DNA of 64,000 nucleotides from Anthoceros angustus (GCA_010909165.1 MU008208.1:29545-93544), one strand, 5' to 3'. Numbered from the stretch's first letter, positions 11,801 through 26,024 are shown. Numbers and translations are program-made. Notes: a model not told the origin generated them from the letters alone.

Positions 11801-14800
11801 TTGCGTTGGCCACGCTGTTGCCTCCTCAACGCTTGGGTCCATGAAGCCATGGAGGCGCTTCCTCGGTCCGGCACCTCCATCACCACCGCAATGACTGCCC
11901 GGTCATGGGCGTGAGTCAATTTGCTAAAGGCGGATGAATTACTCGTGCCGCCAACGCGTTCAGTGCTCACGACACACAAGTGGATTATGGTTATGATTAC
12001 AAGTCCACGGCCAACATCACTCCAACAATTCTTCCATCCGTTCGAACCATGATGGAATTGGGGTGCAAATCGCCCATCCGGGGACTGGATCGGATGTGTC
12101 AACACTTAGCCAGCAGTGCTGGAAACTCCCAGGGCGGGTGTTGCCGCCCATACCTCCTTGTGTCAAGCGCCATGAAACCGAGTCATCCACCTCCAAAGGC
12201 GGTGGCGCTTGTTGGGATCACACTCAAACCATTCCACTTTGAATACAAACACGCTTAGTGTGTCGTAATTCGACCTCTAAGATGTCCTTGATTCGCCAAA
12301 ATATTCGCTCCTTCCACACTTTCCAACGCACGCGGTGAACCCAAGCATCTGTGTTGCCGCTTTGTTTAGTCGGCCTCTACGGTCACGAAAATGGTAACCT
12401 TGTGTCAAGACCTCGATATGCCTTGCCATATAAACGGGGTCCCCGGGCCAAGGCCTCAATATCTCCATACTCTGGGTCATTGACCCACTTTCCAAGTAGT
12501 CAATGCCGGCTTGTAACAAGTCCATGAAGTTGGGTCGGGTGTGTCCCTCCAGCATTGCATCTTGTTCTCGTTGGGCTCCCAATGTTCCAGAATGGAGTAA
12601 CAAGAACCAATGCAGTCTCTTGTGATCATCTGGCCCAAGTTTTATCTCCCGGGGTTTTCCAATCGGACGCTCGATCGTGTGGCGTTTGTTGGGCTTGTAA
12701 AATCCCTTGCAAAGCGGTGCTTGGCGCCATGTACTCTCGAGATAGTGCATTGCTTCCATGAGGAGATGCGGTGTGCACATCGCCCCTCCGCCTTGGCGAT
12801 TTGAGCGTGGCGTTTGAGGACTAGCATAAACCGTTCCATCGTACATCCACTGTGCGGTACCATGGTGGCTACCTCGTCAACCAGTGCACAATGAGGTCTG
12901 CATTATATTCGAGAAATTGACGGCATGTCTTTGCTCAAACCGATCAAAATGTCAATTGCCTCTGCGCAAATGTCTATGTTTATCCGGGTTGACATATCCA
13001 CCGATATAGAAGCCAGCCTCACGGCTATACTCTAGGTCATTCAAGTTGCCCTTCAAGACCATCGGAAGTAATATTGCAATAACAAGTGCGATCGTGGCTC
13101 TTGAGAAGACTTTCCGACCCGGCCGTCTTTAAGTTTGCTCGAAACACGCCATTGATCGCAAATTTGGGCCTTCACTTTGTCCATGGTCTTTGGAGAACAT
13201 ATGATAATTGTAAAGCCAATTTTTCACCATCTTCCAGCCAAAGCCGGGCTTGATCTAATGCTTGCATGTCGATGCGGCGCGTATCCCATTGCCGTGATAA
13301 CCTTCCACCGCTGGCGTTATTGACCTCGGCGTGCATTCGTCTTTCACCCTGTTTCTCTATGGACGCACTGGGAAACCAAGGATTAGGCTCGGATCATTAG
13401 GAAACTAGCAAGAACAAGAACAATGTTGTATCGTGGCCTAGAATAAAGCCGGGGTTAAGACCAATAGGTATGGCGCTTTATGAAGAACATTGATTGTCTC
13501 CTAATACCGGGCATGGCCGCTGTTTATCCGACGCCTCCGTGCCATCTCGGTGACCGTAGCCACATCCACTGCTGAGGGCTCAAGCATTGTTGAATGCCTC
13601 ACGGTTTGCACGGCGCCGCGTCTCGCAGTTGTAGGGCTCCACCGGTGATGGCCGTACAAAATTTTGTCCAGCATCGACCATCTTGCATCCAATTCATCCA
13701 CATTCAAAGCATGCCCGAGTAACCCTTGACTTGCAGCCCAAACAAGTTGCCTAAACCAGGGATAATGAAGTGGCTTGAATACTGCCGCAGTGGAACGTCC
13801 TCTTTGGATCTTGGCGGTGGAATGATCCTGGCATGACCGCCCCACAAACTTGCGAGCTCATCCGATGAGGGCTCGGATAAAGCGTCCATGTTGGCGGGTT
13901 GTGTGGGACACAGGATTATCGCGAGGAGGACGCTCTCTTTCTTTTGGCCAACCATGGCGGAAGATTATTAATAACCAGCATAAGCGGCCATATGGAATAT
14001 GCACTTGAGCGGTGTCACTAGGATTGAATCGATCGAGATGGAGAAGCGAATGTTCACATCCTCCCAGCAGTTATCAACCTCGTCCAAAGCGATGCATGCG
14101 GTATAATTCGATGTCACCATTCACACTCTGCCTACTAAACCATGTGGTTCTTTGCAAGCTTGGGACAACGGAACATCCGCAGGATGCGTTCCTGCACTGG
14201 GAAATAAAACAAGGTCTTTCGCCTGACTGGGGCACTACGCCTTGCCTTCTTTTCCCTGTAAAATGGTTCCCCACACTTGCAATGCGTTGCATTAGATTGG
14301 GATCCCCATGCGAGCATACACCCTTTTACACATGCTGGGATTCGGTGACAACCCTGTCCAATTGACTGGAGGATCTTTCGAGCCTCCCCTCGACTACCGG
14401 GCAACGTGTTACCAGGAGGAAGTAGGGCACTCTGGACAAATTTGAATATGGCATTCATCCCGCTGTCCGTTATGTGGTACCTTTCCTGTATGGTGAGGAG
14501 CCCAGTCATGCAGCGATTCTCCGGACTTGTAAGGGAGGCGGTAACATTATCTGATGGAATGGAAGCCTCGGACGCCAGCACATCTTGCAAGTGCAGTATG
14601 CCGTCAATGAATTCTCCTCCTCCGAGGGACGGGCGGGCCCAAAGACACCAAGCGTGGGCATGACAAGATGAGGGTCACCCGAGCACAAGGGGCGATGAGT
14701 CATCCGTAGTATGGAGAGTGAAGGCCACCCGGTGGCGGAAATGCCTGGTACTGGAGGATATCCTGGAAGCAACCAAGAAATAGATCAGTGGACCAAGAGG

Positions 14801-17112
14801 CTCTGAGACATCAAATTGCTGCAGGCAACACCCATGCCTTACATGTTTCTTGAAAAAAGTCCACCCATCGACATGGCGCATTGAGATATCGACGACATTT
14901 CTTGTTTGTAGGCCCATAATCTGGACATGGACACTCGATCTGCGAATGTGCCATTCGCCAAGTCGCCATGGGAGATTGGTCCTAGCGGTTCTCACTCGTT
15001 TATGGCACCCGGGGGCGAAGATGTCGAGGCAAGGGTGGCGCAATCGTCGTGGGCGGCGGCGGGAGCGGGGCGTAAGCGGGTGTCGGACTTAATGCGGCTG
15101 GCGCATTCACGAAACGACACAGTACACAGGGGTTTGGCGGAGACTAGCATCTTCACGCCCAAGTTATGCGTTCGCTTTAGTATGCACCACGAACCATTAG
15201 TGGTCCCGGTAGTGTGGAGGCGGGCGGTTTTAGCGGTTGCACTTTTGGCTTAGCGGGCCAAGCGGGGCGTGGTGAGTTAGTTGTTTGGATTCGGGTCTTA
15301 TGCACCTTCTTACAAGGTCGGCTGAACAAGCATCTTTGTTATGGCGAGTTGTTGAAGAGGAAGCATAATGTGAGGAAAGTCGGATGGTCAGCCATCGGCC
15401 GCTGTGTCGCAACTCCTCTGGCGGCTCATCGATGAAGGCCATCGAGCCGGGTTCTCGATTCGCGGCATATAGATGGCAAAACGTAGCAAAAGCATTGTGC
15501 GGGCGCGTCTACTAGCGAAGCCATGCTTTGAGTGGAATCAAGCCTCTCTTCACATGTGGGAGTATACATGTGCACACGCATACAAGCGGGAGGGGCGTGA
15601 GCCCGTTCCAGTCCACCATGAGGAAGGCGGCGGAATCTGTTCTTGGAGGCACCAGGGAATATTGTCCATGAGACCCAAGTACTCGTCTGAGCGATTATAC
15701 AGCGGTGATGCGGGACCATGGGCGATTCGGAAGGAGAAGTGGGGACCTCCGCGTGGTTTGTTGGCCGCCATCCTAGGTTGGGTGATGATTGGGTGGAGGC
15801 GAGAATTTGGGTGAAATCGGCGATGTGATAGAGGTGATGCGCAGGGAAGGCCTTGTCACATCAACGTGTCGAGATTGGCGTCGCCTTGCCGCATGCTCTT
15901 CAATTGTCACACTGTTGGCCGATTTGATATCACGGTGTTTGAAAATGCAGCAATTTTGGGAGGAGGCTAAGTCCCACCCCCTGTTTGGAGAACCATCAGC
16001 GGGATGCAATAGGTCCAGAACTACGATTGGGTGAAGTGGACGACGAGGGCATGGACATCTTTGTATCGCCTTTAATGGGCCTATGTGGCGAAGAGCGACT
16101 CGTTGTGGTGCAGCCCCGAGAATGCTTTCGTGGCTGTGGCGGAGCTTGCAGGGGAAGGGGAAGATGGCAATTTTGAAGACGTCGATTGATGCTGCGGGCT
16201 GTGGGCTATCGAAGGTGCCTTTCATCTATAGACATGAACCCTTTGTGGCGTGCAGTTTGGTCGAACGGACATCTATATCATGTCCTTGAGGGGTGCGATT
16301 TAATTATGCGAGCTTGCCCTCGTTGGGAATCGCAAAGGCTATGTTTTGGTGTCGGGGAAGTGTATGCCTTTTCTTCACCGAACAGGGTCACTTGGACTCG
16401 CCTTGGGTCGAGTTCGTCGTGGGAACTCCGGACTTTCGATGGGGTAGATGGCTTCTAAAAGAGCGATCGTTTGCTCCGTTACGAGTCTGTGCGGGTTGTG
16501 GTAAAGTAGGGCATTAGAAATGTGTTGATATGTGGCGGTGTTTTGGTGTGGAATCGCCTTTGTTTTGCATTTGAAAGATCGAGGGCTCGCCATCCACCGC
16601 TGTAACATGGGCTCCGCCCCGCCTTGTGTGTATCCGCCCAACGGTGTCGCAGATGCCGTGGTTGCAAGTCTCTTGCCGCTTGCTTTTTGGGGCCAATGTG
16701 ATCTATGTCGAGAGCATGGCCGCCTAAAACCGAAAGCGTAGATGGTACATTATTGCCGGGCTCAGACCGGACTCCCACATGGCGGCATGCATCGTCCACA
16801 AATATTCGTGCATATCGCCTTGACCGGCCGAACGCGAATGTGAGTACCGGATGACGTTGACATCCACTGGCGACGTGATTTACGCAGTACGGCATGGACG
16901 CCGACATTTACCGCCATCGTCGCTGCGGTGTCATCCGTGTTTGCCTTCACTTGAAGAAACCCGCAATGACGGTTTTCGGTGACGAATAAGGCCGCCACTG
17001 CGACCGGTACACGAAGATATCGTGACGTGGCATGTCAAGTATTACACGGACATTACGGCAATGGGCAACGTCATTCCAGCCATGTAATAAATCGGGCTTC
17101 ATTGTTATAGTG
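8854..17112 (-). mobile_element. CACTA (En/Spm) DNA transposon, full length (8,259 bp)
   Basis: TIRs CACTATAACAATG (8854-8866) and CATTGTTATAGTG (17100-17112). 3-bp target duplication AAC at 8851-8853 and 17113-17115. Internal TnpD-type transposase remnants on the minus strand. Confidence 0.95.
11950..14590 (-). pseudogene. CACTA TnpD/Tnp2-type transposase (frameshifted)
   Basis: LPGSRGEARKILQSIG..IPACVKGCML...CKCGEPFYR...LFYFPVQERILRMF (14135-14590). LLAIILxPxQPANMDxxxEPxxDELASLW (13704-13955, Transposase_21-like). MY..ERFMLVLKRH..AKAEG..EAMHYL (about 12700-12850, DUF4218-like). FKVEWFECD (about 12220, DUF4216-like). Confidence 0.85.
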
Positions 17113-18113
17113 AACGCGTGGAACACCAATTGTTTGCAGAGAAATATCAGGCAGCCTTAGATGCCCATCGAGATCGGCTCCACAATGAGCGAGCGAAGAT
17201 GACAAAGCATCGCAGCAAGAGCTACGTGGAGCCCCACAAATATATGTTATTGACCATCGATGGAATGGACCAAGAAGATGTGAGCTTCCGCATTTCTTGC
17301 GGTGGTCAAGAATTTGGATGAAGAATGTCGATTTCAAAGCGTTCGCTAGGGTGCATGATTCACAATTACACTCACAAAGCTAGGCATATTTGCATTATGC
17401 CAACCTCTAATGACGCCTAATTTGACTATAAACATCATTCAAGATGTTATTGTGGAACGAAAAGTTTGGGCATAAGTTTAAGTGAGTTGTTTTTGAACAG
17501 TCCTAATTCTTTTGATAGAAATGGTTTGGTGGAAACATGCGAGAAATGTTTTTGTTCGATTGAAGTGAGTCAGAGGATGCTGAAGGCAGAGAGGATACTT
17601 AGGGAAAAGAAACGGATCGAAATGAGCTTCTAGTGAGGAGGGTAGGAGACATATGTGAACGGGTAGGAGATGTCCCATGCTGGTGGGAGGTATCCTACCA
17701 CCGTGGGAGAAACTCCTACCACGGTAGGCTAAGTGGAGAGAACTCCCACCCCGAGGTATGGGTAGGAGAATGTCCTACCACCGAGGTGGCCCAGCTAGCG
17801 TTTTGATGACCTACCTGGGGAGTAGCCTACCACGGTAGGAAAAGGGTGAAGGCAATTAAGCCAAGGAAGTAGCTTGAGGTTGCTCAAGCACTGCTGATAG
17901 GCTTGCAGAGGCAAAGGCCCCGATTATTGGGGCCACCACCAAGTTTGAGGGGAAGGCAAAGTAATTTGCCACATGTGGAAGAAGGAGAGACATGGCGGTG
18001 CTCATATTGCTGAGATTTTGCGAAGGGAGGGCTGCTAGGTAGAGGTGCGCAAGGGTTGCTGCAAGAAGATGGGCCAAGTGCCCGTAATGGTGGAATTGTG
18101 TGGGATCTCGGTG

Positions 18114-20007
18114 GCTCTAGGTTGGGAGCTCAAGATGCGAGAGAGGAGCGAATCGTGCAAGGATGGGAGCAAGGAAGGAGGGTTGGTAGGAGGTGTTGTT
18201 GAGGCGTGAGGAGTTCACCGGGAATAAGTGCTTTTATTGATTGAGTGTTATGCTAATTGGGTGTGTTGGACAATGAATCCATAAGAACTCGAAAGTTAAG
18301 TGTCCTAGGGGTGGATCAGTACCGAGATGAGGTGCTTTTTGTGTGAGGTGTTTCAGCTTATATATTTGCAGAAGTCACATCAGAGCTAATTGGGAGAGTG
18401 TATGAGTGGTGCACCCTACGCGGAGAGGATGTAGGGTGGTAGTGGACGTAGGGCATGGCACTCCCTACTGTAGGGAGGGAGGTGCACCCTACGCGGAGCA
18501 GGTGAAGGGAGGTGCACTCTATGTATGTATGTATGTATTCATGTATTCATGGGGGTAGGACGCGTGTCCATAAGAACTGCCCTACCGCGTAGGGAACAAG
18601 GTAGGAGGAGACGAGATGCAGTAGTGTAGGGAGGTGGCGGAAAGGTGTGACTGAGGGTGACCATGCATAGATAAGATGTAGGGTGATGTCTCTACTATGT
18701 AGTTGACAGGTAGGATGAGAGTGTCATGAGAGTGTCTCACCGTAGGGAGTGGTGAGGTCTCCACGGGCAGCGTGGCGGGGCGCGACACCCTACTTGGATA
18801 CTTGGGAAGCAAGCTTTCAGACAGGCGTGTCAACCTAGGAAGTTGTTAACAAGAGTATGCAAGGTTGAGGATAAATAGGGTATATTAGGAATAATAATCC
18901 ATAAATATGTAAGGTGTAGTGTAGGGTGTTTATAACAAGTAGGGCTACTAATCGAGGACGGTGGAAATAGTGCCACATGGCAAGGAATCAACGCCTATAT
19001 CAAGAGTTTCTCACTACCAAAGGGCCATGCAAGGGGTGTGTAGGGAGTGGCACCTAGGAATTCAGTGATCCGCAGGGCTCTAGGTTGGGAGCTCAGCATG
19101 CGAGAGAGGAGCAGCAATCGGTGCAAGGATGGGAGCAAGGAAGGAGGGTTGGTAGGAGGTGTTGTTGAGGCGTGAGGAGTTCACCGGGGAATAAGTGCAG
19201 TTTATTCAGATTGAGTGTTATGCACAAGCTAATTGGGTGTGTTGGACAATGAATCCATAAGAACTCGAAAGTTAAGTGTCCTAGGGGTGGATCAGTACCG
19301 AGATGAGGTGCTTTTTGTGTGAGGTGTTTCAGCTTATATATTTGCAGAAGTCACATCAGAGCTAATTGGGAGAGTGTATGAGTGGTGCACCCTACGCTGT
19401 GGTAGTGTGAGGGCATGGCACTCCCTCGAGGAGGAGGTGCACCACGCTGAGTGTGAAGGAGGTGCACTCTATGTATGTATGTATTCATGTATTCATGTAT
19501 ATGGGTAGGACGGGCGTGTCCACAGAAGTGCCCCTACCGGTAGGGAACAAGGTAGGGAACAAGTAGGGGACAGATGCAAGGGGGAGGGTGAGATGTAGGG
19601 TGACCAGGTGACCATGCATAGGGATGTAGGGTGATGTGGCTCACGCAGTGATAGGTAGGCAGGATGAGAGTGTCATGAGTCCTCACCGTAGGGAGTGGTG
19701 AGGTCTCCACGTAAGCAGGGGGGCGCACCCTACTTGGATACTTGGGAAGCAAGTCAGATAGGGCGTGTTTCAACCTAGGAAGTTGTTAAAAAGGGCAGTA
19801 TGCAAGGTTGAGGATAAATAGGGTATATTAGGAATAATAATCCATAAATATGTAAGGCGGTGTAGGGGGTGTTTATAACAAGTAGGGCTTTAATCGAGGA
19901 TTGGGAAATAGTGCCACATGGCAAGGAATCAACGCCTATATCAAGAGTTTTTGTCATTACTACCAAAGGGCCATGCAAGCGGGTGTGTAGGGAGTGGCAC
20001 CTAGGAA
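18114..20007. repeat. Tandem duplication of about 950 bp (18114-19060 and 19077-20007) within an unclassified, probably retroelement-derived, segment
   Basis: Both units start GCTCTAGGTTGGGAGCTCA, end GGAGTGGCACCTAGGAA and contain a (GTAT)n microsatellite. Confidence 0.85.
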
Positions 20008-23000
20008 GTCTGTGAGGAATCGCGAGGAAGAGCTTGGGCATGCACGGAAAGCTAGAGCAAGGACTTGGTGGGAACGCTGTGTGTGTGCAAGGAGAAGGAG
20101 GTGTGCGTGTAAGGAGTTGTGTGTGAAGGGATTTGAAGCACGATCGAAGAGAGCAAGGGCGCTGATTTTTGTGTGTGCCTAACCTTGCAAGTGAGGGATT
20201 TGGTAAGGAGGTGTATGTTGTGAGGACACCAAGTTTGAGCTAGGTGGGACTGTGGAGTGAAGAGGAAGTGGAAAAGGGAGTTGTTTCTCTGGTGGATTTT
20301 GTGGCGAGTGAAGAAAGCTTGCGTGAGAAACGAGGGAGCAGGAGAAGAGCCCAACACATCCGGCTGTATATGGAAGGCCGAGAGGATGATTCGAGGAGGA
20401 AGAGGAAGGCATGGAGCAAGATCCGCCACGGAGACCTTCTTGCGGAGAGTGGGAGGCAGGGCCATAAGAAGTGACCCTACGTCCGTAGGAGGTGTAGAGT
20501 GGCCACGAGGGGGATCATCCAGATCACGGCGACGCATCTAGAGGTAATTGAAGAGGTTGGTGGTAGCTTGGAGGTGGCTCATTGCTTGGGGAGACTTTTC
20601 TTTAGAGGAGGACAGATTAATGCTTGTCAACCCAAAGAGGGTGTGTTGACTAGCTAGATAGGAATGTTGACAGAGCCATTAAGGCTCACATAGGTGAAGT
20701 TTGCTAGAATAGAATTTCACCCAAGATGCTTGGATGTCGAACTTAAAGTCCGGCAACAGGATACACTAAAATAAGGAGTGAGGCAGGCTGTGAGGGCGCT
20801 GTGGGAGGTTATGTGAGGACCTCCTACAAAAGGAGGGAGCTTGTGAAGTAAAATTATCGTGTCTTGCGCCTCCCTACCGCGAGTCCTTTGCTCCTTGTGA
20901 AGGAAGTTCGTGCACCGCAAGCTAACGAAGGCCCGGGTAGAGAGGGAGTTTGCGATGGCCGGAGTGCTTGGAGGCTGCTCCTCGCAGTGTCTCCGAGTTG
21001 CTCCCTTGTGAATGGTTGCCGTGGTGAATTGCTTTGCTTTGAGTGTGTGGCGATGCTCAAGGAACTCTCGCTTGAGGGTAGACTCGCAGTGGAAAGACTG
21101 GAGGTTCTCACTGTCTGTGAACTACACGGCAACCGCCCAAGGAAAACTTGTTGATTCAGACTGACCCTGTGCAGCCAGCCGAAGGGCGAGTCACTGAATA
21201 AGCTTAGATGGTGGCATTAGGAGTAGGAGGTGGGAGTGTATGTTGAGGCAGAGGGTAGGATGAAGGAAAGCGTTGATGATGGTAGAAGAACCATTGAGGA
21301 GGGAATTAGAGTGTAGATCATAGCCAATGGCCCAAGGCAAGAGCCTGTGGGAGGTGTCCCAAATCATACGAGAACGCGTTCCAAAGGGTAGCTAGCCCCA
21401 CGGATAACATTGCGCAAGTGACTGGGGTCCCTCGGTGCCTCAATGATTCCACGCTGTCGAGGCATGGCCTACGATAGTCAGAAAGTCGCTGCCTCGCCCT
21501 GGGGCCTCGACGCCTGGTTTTTTTTTCGGTAGTGCAAAATTTTAGAGAGAGAAAATTGACCTTTTGGTCATTATTTTACCCAGAGTAAAATTCATTAAAA
21601 GATAGAAAATCATCTACCATCAAGGTACAAAACAACCGAACCATACAAGTGGGTAAAATCATCTACCATCAAGGTAGAAAATAGAGCACTAGAGTAGAAA
21701 ACATGGCGACCAAGTGAATACTACCGGTCTAGAAGCTCATTCTAGAAATCCCACCAAAATCGCTAATCGACAAAAACATTTTACGTTAAATAATATTCAT
21801 GCGGATCCGGGATATACAAAAACCAACAAAGAAACCTTTTCTTTGCGAGTTTCTGTATATCCGAATGGCATGAAATACAATTCAACTAATGAAGAGTAAA
21901 TACGATAGATTGAACTCGCTAGATTGAACTCTACTTCAACAACAATGGAACCTACAAAACAAAACGAAAAAGACACAAACCGTGATTAGAATACTAGAAA
22001 ACACGGAAATAATCATAGCAAATACTTAAAATGATACTCACCTTATTTAGGAAATTGATCGTATAATTATGATTGAAAAGCGTAATTAACCACTTGGCTT
22101 GATTGGCGGTTGTACGATCATTCTTGGCAACCAATTGATGAAGGCGAGGACTTGGACGAATTGTCAAATTTTCGCAAGGTGACAACCTAATAAAATACAA
22201 CCATTGATTTTCAATGTGCTGAATAAAGAGCATAACAAAACTTACCAATCCTGACGGATTTTCGCAGATAGCAGTGGGCATATCTTGAGGCACATTCTTC
22301 TCGCCTCGTTTCTCTTTTCCATGCTTCTTGAACCTCTTGCCGCTCCATCTGGCCGCTTTCTCTTGATGCTTAATGTGCTCTTGTCTCCTCTCCACATTTC
22401 TCCGCCTCTAAATCTCAAGGGCTTTCTCTCTTTGCTTCGAGACTCGTAATTCAACGCTACGCCTGTCTCTATAAGAGCCTCCAAATCCTTTTGCACTGAA
22501 ACTCCAATTCGTTTCGCTCATCATACTCCAATCGACTACAATCTCGCAAGCCGCTGCTCAAAGCCACTTCCATTTCCATTTGCGCCACAGTGCAATAATA
22601 TCCAGGTGCTACCACACATTTGTCACGGTTAACCGGATGGATCACACTCACTATGCACAATGCCCTCCAAGAGGGACCACGCATCCACTTCCCTCAAATG
22701 TATCAATGTTGAAATGAGGGATGAAGGTCGCTTCCACTAGTCGCAGGATTCACAACCGCCAAGATAAACATAATCGAAACTCCAAAAGAAGAGAACAAAA
22801 CAAGCAAAAGAATCAACCTTGTCAACATATGGAATTTCACTAGAACACCGTTGTTGGTGCATTATCCATCCGGATGCCTTGGCCATCGGAGGTATGTTTG
22901 CAACCAAAACACCAGTCCCCACCGCCTAACAAGAGACCAAGATGAAAAACAGATCCAACATGGCGATCGCAACCAAGGAACCCGACCAACGAACTTGACG

Positions 23001-23329
23001 TGGACCACATGGTGCGAAAACTCGATTCGGTCTTGACATTGTTCAAAGGTCCTTTCATGATGAACAACAGAGGCAGAAGACCTAACACACAAAAACAAGT
23101 CGACACGATTAATCAAAACAAGTCCACAAAACTTGCAACAAATCTCAAACACTTACATTGTTAACTTCTGCAAGTGCCGATCTTCAGGTGACTAGAAAAT
23201 ACAATTTCGTGGGGTCACATGTTGAGAAAGAACACCCTTAAATCATCCGCATCCGATTCTTTGGTTCAAAAGCTCTCGATAGGATCGCGTTCACCAGAAC
23301 AAGGACTCTGTACTGTTGCTTGACCGCAG

Positions 23330-25256
23330 GTCATATCCGCAAACCATATCGAACGGAAGGAACATACAAAGGACTCAAATGTCACAAGCTTTCAAAACAT
23401 ATTACCTTGAGAATCCAGCATCTTATGGCCCACACTTCCCAAAGATCGAAGGCACCGAGCCATCACAAACGTGTAATCATTGTTACACGGCTCTTATTGG
23501 TGTAATAGCCAACGAGCCCAATGCACCCATGGTCTTCATGAACCTTGACAACATTCCTTTTGAAACACGGAGTTTTGCATACCAAGCCTAGCCAAAAACA
23601 AAAGCTTAGTAAATACAACCACAAAACTTAAGCCCAAATAACAACAAACTTACATTTGATCTTGGGTTATCAATTGTTGAATTGAACAAAACCCCGAATT
23701 GACAAATTTTTGTCGCTTTGCACCACTTGGGAGAGTGTTCAATGACTCTAAAAGTTTCGATAACATCCCGCCAGTAAATCTTGACCTTTTGACGAAATGC
23801 TCACGGTAATTCTTCATGTCCACTTTGTAATTTTTGAAAGCCGCTCTGATACGCAAATAAAAGCGAGCTTAACACAAGACATCAAAACAAAGATACATGA
23901 ACAATGTCAAAGATACAATGAACAAAACAACCAAAACATCTTGAACAAAAGGTCCTGAATCTGCGAACGAGAAGTCCCCGATGAGCGGTTATGTAACTCT
24001 TCACCACCTCGAACTCCAAACCTCGTCATGCAGAAATATGCACACCTGCAAACAATAGGGCATGGCCTGGTTTAAGACCATAAATGAACAATCAAAGTGC
24101 ACCCCTAAACCAACAATATTACCTTTTTGAGCCCCGCCCAAATGAGCATTGATGATCTCTGTGTGAAAGAATCCGCTCATCATCGAAATCAACTTCACCT
24201 CTTTCGACATGACACAATCCAAGGTCCTTGCTGATTTTCATGGGCGCAACCACGCCTGGACCCATGGAAAATTCCATGAAACATGTTGATCAGGAACATC
24301 AACCAAGCCGGCTTTGGTTCAAGATGCACTTCCTTGTTAAAATTCGGTTAAAACCACGAAAGAAAGACATCAACCGCACAAGAGAGAACAAAATCACGTC
24401 ATGTGAAGAAAGTCGAACTATCAAAATCAACAAGTAAAAAACATCACTACTTACGCTCGAGAAAATCTCCATTGTCCTTGATTCGAACTTGATGGAAAAA
24501 GGATATCGAATAAGATTTAGATCCTTGTGAGGATATCCTCAACAGTGATCCCATCCCCGACCCCACTCACTTTCATAAAGGCCCGAGACGACTTGACACC
24601 GCTTATTACCGCTTTGGACCTATCCTCCCCACCACTCAAGCATCATTCACGCTCCCTCCGGGACTATTGGTCAAATCCGCTCTCGAAAATTGCTTCATCA
24701 TCAATTTCCTCCATACCCATGGCAAAGTCATCTTGGGATCATCACACTTTAGCCTCTCAAACATATCAAGCACTTCTTGATCGTGATGACTCGGTCGGGA
24801 ACCACAACAGCATGGAAATCAGAAGCATTCTGCTCAACGCAGCACACAAATCTCTAGACTGTGACAGTTTGGCGACTCACAACCATGGGATCACTTATCA
24901 AGAAATCATTCTCCCCACAACCTGGACCCCTCTCTCGGACCTTTGGGACATAGTTAGTAATCTGCAAGAGGACCTTCAACCAAAGCCAGTCAGTGTGTCC
25001 ACCTTCTCTTCTCGAACAAACTCACTGCGTCGAGCGTCCTTCTTGGATGAAAATCGCCTTGGCGGTTTGGGCAAGTCTTTTGGGAACTAAGTAAGTTCCT
25101 TCATGCACCAAGACACCATCAACTTTACCATCATCCCGCGGATGAGTTGCGATGCAACATGGATTTGACACTGCCTGTATATGGCTTGGCCATAACTTCA
25201 GCCGAGATCCTTGTTTTCTTCCGCCCAGGTCGGGTGGGTTTTCTTTTAGGAGCCAT
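23330..25256 (-). pseudogene. Intron-containing tyrosine recombinase (DUF3504/Crypton type), frameshifted
   Basis: ATG at 25256 (MAPKRKP) directly after a 3' splice site. Motifs FGVRGGEELHN (about 24020-23990), KNYKVDMKNY, WYAKLRVSKGMLSRFMKTM, GYYTNKS-RVTMITRL (about 23515-23468) and GHK. Confidence 0.7.
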
Positions 25257-26024
25257 CCGCAAAAACATAAAGATTAGAGTGGTCAAGAGAAACAAAATGG
25301 AAGGTAAAGTGGAGGATCAAAGACAAAATAATACTCACATGGTGTTCAACTTCCAAATGGTAACTGAAGGGTCTAAATTGATTATAAATCAAACTAAGAA
25401 AAGCAAAGGGGGTGGGAAATGGGACACATTGACATGCATTGTTAAATATTGAATCCGCTCATGTTAGTGAGAAGATACTCCTTTTAACAACACCCACATA
25501 CTTCCCTAAATAGAAGACTTTCCGCAAGTTAGAAAGAAAACAAAAAAAATACACTACCCCTCAAGAACAAGCTAAAGAAAACAAAGAAATGTATAAATAA
25601 CTCTTCCCGCATGTATCAAAATGAATTGATCTAGCTCAACTTGACACAAAAGACAAGCCAAGAAAACAAGAATAGTATCCACGTAAACAACTAATCAAAA
25701 CAACATATTGCACAAAAACACATTAGTCAATGTAAGGACAATCGATAAAAGTACCTTAGGGTTGGCGCTTAAAACACAATACCAAAAGAAATATGTTAGC
25801 AAATGATAACCAACACACTTGCTTTAACGATAAACAAAACAATACAGCCTAAAGTATAATAATATGCAATGAAACATATACCAAATTAAGTCACAGAACA
25901 CACCTTAAGAAAACAAATGACAAATGAAAGCGTCAAAACAACTGAACGAGAACAAAGTGTCAATTGAAACAATGCACAAATATTTAGCCCGATAACAACA
26001 AAACAACAACACATAAAACACAAA

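Larger units (their letters stand above)
7290..17470 (+). pseudogene. Sola/DUF7869-type DDE transposase, N-terminal half (exons about 7290-8125 and 17140-17470), intron interrupted by a CACTA element
   Basis: ORF 7600-8125 has YAWFLKLWRENFSTVKIPKSNRFSTCSLC. Donor CAAG|gtattc (8125/8126) splices in phase to acceptor tttgcag|AGAAATAT (17139/17140), giving KVDQEKYQAALDAHRDRL...YMLLTIDGMDQ. A DANLTINIIQDV-like motif follows at about 17410-17460. Frameshifts are present. Family name is from recalled motifs. Confidence 0.65.

Noticed and set aside
21530-21534. TAGTG as the right end of a large CACTA element pairing with about 5866
   Set aside because: Homology with 5660-5917 extends on both sides of the motif, the counterpart lacks CACTA, and there is no 3-bp TSD. 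It is part of the YR-family 3' end.
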